DNA of 34,650 nucleotides from Elsinoe ampelina (Eukaryota): NCBI GenBank assembly GCA_010093995.1, contig ML992547.1, positions 1 to 34,650 of the forward strand, read 5' to 3'. Shown piece by piece: positions 31,801 to 34,650 of this stretch (position 1 is its first letter; each line of letters starts with the position of its first letter). The notes under the pieces were generated by a model. It saw only the letters and a program-made list of their open reading frames with translations, ran no database searches and was not told where the DNA came from. The position numbers and the translations under genes were made by a program.

Positions 31801-33502
31801 ATTGCTGCAGAGTAGCAAGCTTCCGGCCTCAGCCGACGAGGAGTCGCTACGAATCACACTCCAGAGACTTGAGAAGAGCGATCGTAAAACTTACGAGAAG
31901 ATTCTCACAACCCTTCATACTCCCAATGAAGATCAGCGAATCAAAGACATGGCTTGGGATGCAACAGTCACTCGGGACGCAGATGCAGAAACAACCGCAA
32001 TCAGGTTGCGTCAGGTCTCTATCTTGCGATCGGTGTTGGAACCGGTGCTTCGACGACATGGAGCTGAGGAACTGCCGCAGTCCATGATCTATCCTCGCTC
32101 GACCATTTACGATGACGACTTGGGTGTGGTAAGCATGCTCGACCGGACTGGCAATCTTCTGCAGCTTCCATACGACCACACTCTGCCTCATGCCCGACAA
32201 CTGGCGAAATGGGCACCGGTTATCCCTCGCACCTACACGTTCGGACATGTACTGCGCAACACTCTTGGAGGTCCACCAAAGCAGATTGCGACCCTGAACT
32301 TTGACATCGCATCCAAAGCTGGAGAAGACAGTGTAATTTATGATGCCGAAGCGATCAAGATTCTCGATGAGCTCGTCGACAATGTTCCTGTCATGGCGGA
32401 AGATAATATTGCATACCACCTCAATCATGCCAACATCCTCAATGCGATCCTGGACCATTGCAAAGTCGAGGAGGTGCATCGAACGCCTGTCAAGAAAACC
32501 TTGTCCGAGCTCGGGTTCAACGATCGGCACTGGAAGCATGTTCGAGAGGCGCTGCGTTCTCCTCACATTGATGTGCCATCCACGACGCTTGATGAACTCT
32601 CCAAATTCGACTTCCGTCAATTGGTTGATGAGCAATTTGTTCTCAAAACCAAGAACAGGCTCAATGCTTTACTTGCAAACTCACCGGCGTGCCTGTTGCA
32701 GAGTCTCTTAGCTCTCGATCACCTCTACTCTGTCAGCGCCACTCTGGCCAAGTTTGGCTTCAACAGGTCCCTCTTCTTCGCCCCTTTTGCCTCTCATGAT
32801 GAAGCCTACTACAAGAACGGCATCATGTTCCAAGTCTTCGTAGACAAGCGGATCCGGAAAGGCTTCGGTGCGGGTGGCAGATACGACAGCCTAGTCCAGT
32901 CCTATCGCCTTCCCACAACTCCGCCAGAAACACTACCTCGCACTGTCGGGTTTCAACTCAGTCTGGATTACATGACCAACAAGTCCCTTCACCATCAAAA
33001 GAATGTCCAGACGGGTTCGAGCAAGTTCAAGGTGGATACACCAAGCTATGACCCGTTGTGGTCGTCCCGCAGGTGCGAGGTATTGATTTTCCCCGCGGCA
33101 CCGGACCTAGTGAATACAATATGCGCCAGTCTGCTCTCCGCATTGTGGGCTGCCGACATCAGCGCTGAGCTTGCGAGTTCCAGCACGGACATGGACTCCA
33201 TTTTCTTTCATCAAAAGCAGACCACTTACGGTTTCATCATCAAGGTCAACAGCGAGACGGCATCGGCCGTTCGCATCCGCAACACAGCGACAGACAGCGA
33301 CAACAAGGTCAACATTAGCGAGATTGTGTCGCACATCCGCGCCGATCTCCGCGACAGGGATTCTGCTCTTCTTAAGTCTCGTCGTCTACTACCCTCTCTT
33401 ACTCGTGGACTAGGCATTCCGGAACTTCCGCAAGAGCAGCCGATTGTAACAGGCCGTCGGGGTAAGAAGCAGCGGGAGCGCAGCGAGGGGCTAAGGAGTT
33501 AG
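28877..33502 (+). CDS. GCN2: eIF2-alpha kinase Gcn2/Cpc-3, intronless, 1541 aa, apparently lacking the C-terminal domain
   Basis: First ATG at 28877. RWD domain (ELEVLEAI...YPRTPP), charged region, pseudokinase, kinase (IGRGGFGEV, AVKKI, acidic insert, LYIPMELCE, HRDFKPDN, DFG, GTALYIAPE), HisRS-like domain (LQLPYD, GAGGRYDSLV), anticodon-binding-like fold (LWAADISAE). Confidence 0.93.
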   Translation: MATIDYAGIQAGELEVLEAIHMGDYRELPIKSAWNKTSGRAFELKLSAEEDPNVVVTLTTTFTTTYPRTPPLIEVRGLEGLHERTQERIKRIATLRPAQLVKESAGEVIMHLVVEEVKDALDDAAQARATGVLPSLEDERALMVAAHQAQEEAAREAERKRQQEAKAEADRLLQENVEREVRRKAALQAPPTPAQEGVADAGLSADVVLFEEDMEMPVAADGAVATFKGVEILSRISKTANSEELLVRPGRHLFDAVLKLRRVSILPRNVPAIKSQTSAQEKPFDFMYHLTALERELKELKKHRHPHVNIVYAFRLDRQVIPGPDSQLGWSLSILSELSNRGSLDEMLEDGQTISLLRAREWSHSLLGALNFLHNNNIVHKQINPTNIRLYRSGDGLTMPQLSGTCYNHRLDILLGNAKASKPTHWCAPEARLKPLETTHAKIDIWDFGVVMAQMLFGKDIIYTYRTPQLLLQSMQLTSLFNDLIRKFFLVEQTKRPPAFDLLLSEFFRSTEAAVQPGKEGTAELTRQVSAVDLQRPSERTSRHNSSSISERVYPLRPSHFASEFTELARIGRGGFGEVVRVRNKVDNGLFAVKKIKSRSTRELEEIRKEVALLCMLTHPYIVRYHMAWVEDDFEAGTVMSDSTRSTASDFTGTLPQPGQQPRIPHSSRGFDAMTSALNDVEFVDDESAGSVDAGGQYFDRPDSAESDDDGSDEESGSPEESDDVDRSNLQDAALNGHGDNNIVFEASSAQANEAGSERDPAEGDRTEASRLLRPSPPARLPDHAQILYIPMELCEGQTLRHLFARGMTSDPEKQWKMLRQILQGLEYIHSRGIIHRDFKPDNIFIDKDGNPRIGDFGLATTSHTAAPNVLSSSHGENTEMSRGMGTALYIAPELQKTSEAKYTNKVDMYSMGIIFFEMCFQLDTAMERDQEIRKIRAPQHSLPSAFDEPEKAEQKIVILSLITHNQAERPSSSELLQSSKLPASADEESLRITLQRLEKSDRKTYEKILTTLHTPNEDQRIKDMAWDATVTRDADAETTAIRLRQVSILRSVLEPVLRRHGAEELPQSMIYPRSTIYDDDLGVVSMLDRTGNLLQLPYDHTLPHARQLAKWAPVIPRTYTFGHVLRNTLGGPPKQIATLNFDIASKAGEDSVIYDAEAIKILDELVDNVPVMAEDNIAYHLNHANILNAILDHCKVEEVHRTPVKKTLSELGFNDRHWKHVREALRSPHIDVPSTTLDELSKFDFRQLVDEQFVLKTKNRLNALLANSPACLLQSLLALDHLYSVSATLAKFGFNRSLFFAPFASHDEAYYKNGIMFQVFVDKRIRKGFGAGGRYDSLVQSYRLPTTPPETLPRTVGFQLSLDYMTNKSLHHQKNVQTGSSKFKVDTPSYDPLWSSRRCEVLIFPAAPDLVNTICASLLSALWAADISAELASSSTDMDSIFFHQKQTTYGFIIKVNSETASAVRIRNTATDSDNKVNISEIVSHIRADLRDRDSALLKSRRLLPSLTRGLGIPELPQEQPIVTGRRGKKQRERSEGLRS

Positions 33503-34650
33503 GGAACTACCTATCTATCTCTCGACATAAGAACTCGAATAATAATCTTCCTTCTCCTCTAGTAGTCGCTATAACACAAAAGTTATATAGGTCTTTAGAA
33601 CTTTAATACTATAACTTTTGGCCTTATAGGCTAGTAGTCTAAATCTAAAAATAATATTTAGAAATATATTCTATTACTACTAATTAAGCTCTTTCTCTTA
33701 TATTATAGACTACTCTCTTATCTCTAAAATGTCTATCTCTCTTATATTTTCTATTCTATATTATACTTTACTATCTTATCTCTAAGGTATCTATCTATCT
33801 TATATTCTCTATTCTATATTATAGATTACTATTATTATAGTATAGATTACTTTCTAGTATTAAGTAGAGATACTTAAGCTTTATTACTATTATTATATTA
33901 AAGCTACTAGTCTATTATATTATATATATCTATTACTATATTAGTTCTTTATAATACTACTTATATATCTTAATATTTTTTTTTATAATAATAGCTATAA
34001 GTTAGAAAATCTATATATTAGCCTATAATAACTATTCTCTTTCTACTAGTGTCTATTCTAAATATAAATAGAAACTATCTTATACCTTAGCTAGATACTT
34101 ATTTATCTAAATAGCTCTTTCTTAGAAACCTTAAATAAAACTATTTTTAGCTATATAAACTACTACTTATTAGACTTTCTTTAATAGTAGATATAGCTAT
34201 AAGTATTAAAAGATACTAGTATATTTTTATAGTTAGCTACTATCTTCTTTACTACTATATATTACTATCTTTATAGAGTTAAAGTTAAAGTAAAAAGTAT
34301 ATTTAGTATTATTACTACTCTAGACATTATATGTCTTAGGAGGAAGAGTACATTCTAATAGTTTTACTAGAGCAGGGTTAGGGTATTTTCCTAGATTCTA
34401 ATAGGATTCCTAACCTCTATTCTTTAGGACTTTCTAAGATTTTTTCCCTCTAAATTTTTTAGAGATTACTTATATTACCTAGGTCCTCTATAATACTTAG
34501 TATTATCTAGAATTATCGAGTATTACTTCTAGAATCTAAGTTATAGTATGCTAGGACTATCCTAAAAATCTTTTAAAGTTCCTAAGAAAATATAGAGTAG
34601 AGGTCTTAGTAGCTTTACTCCTAATAGTTAGGAACTCTAGAATATCCCTA
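33445..34650 (-). mobile_element. RIP-degraded repeat block starting with a probable LTR terminus (minus-strand ...CCCCGACGGCCTGTTACA-3')
   Basis: TGTAACA at 33445-33451, then rapid decay into AT-rich TpA-dense sequence with stops in all frames. Degenerate ~58-bp tandem duplication at about 33718-33835. The RIP relic is well supported; the LTR identity and exact boundary are inferred. Confidence 0.7.

Noticed and set aside
34374..34384. AGGGTTAGGGT telomere-like motif
   Set aside because: Fewer than two full TTAGGG units inside RIP-decayed DNA; no array.

Overview
Eukaryotic DNA from a filamentous ascomycete (short 44-106 nt spliceosomal introns with GTRAGT/GTAYGY donors, CTRAC branch points and YAG acceptors). 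A gene-dense, GC-balanced island of about 33 kb sits between two sharply bounded AT-rich blocks (1-~480 and ~33500-34650) with the TpA-rich, CpA/TpG-poor composition of RIP-mutated transposon relics. I rebuilt gene models by hand from splice signals. Left to right: a cytochrome P450, YOP1, a decayed multi-LysM pseudogene, an uncharacterised 213-aa protein ending in a CaaX box, peptidyl-tRNA hydrolase, an ATRX/SAD-6-like Snf2 ATPase, glutathione synthetase, a Mek1-like FHA kinase, RPL41, a secreted 1001-aa Cys-domain/Lys-rich/mucin-like protein, VPS18, RIM1, complex I subunit NDUFB2 and the eIF2-alpha kinase GCN2. The main observation is that GCN2 appears to lack its C-terminal dimerisation/ribosome-binding domain: the ORF runs into an LTR-like end (TGTAACA at 33445), which supplies a new basic 18-residue tail before the RIPed block starts. 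Other leads are a spliced uORF in the GCN2 leader, a 3'-UTR intron in RPL41, a non-AUG presequence-like extension plus an NLS-like insert in Pth, and the CaaX orphan. No database searches were possible, so family assignments rest on recognised motifs.
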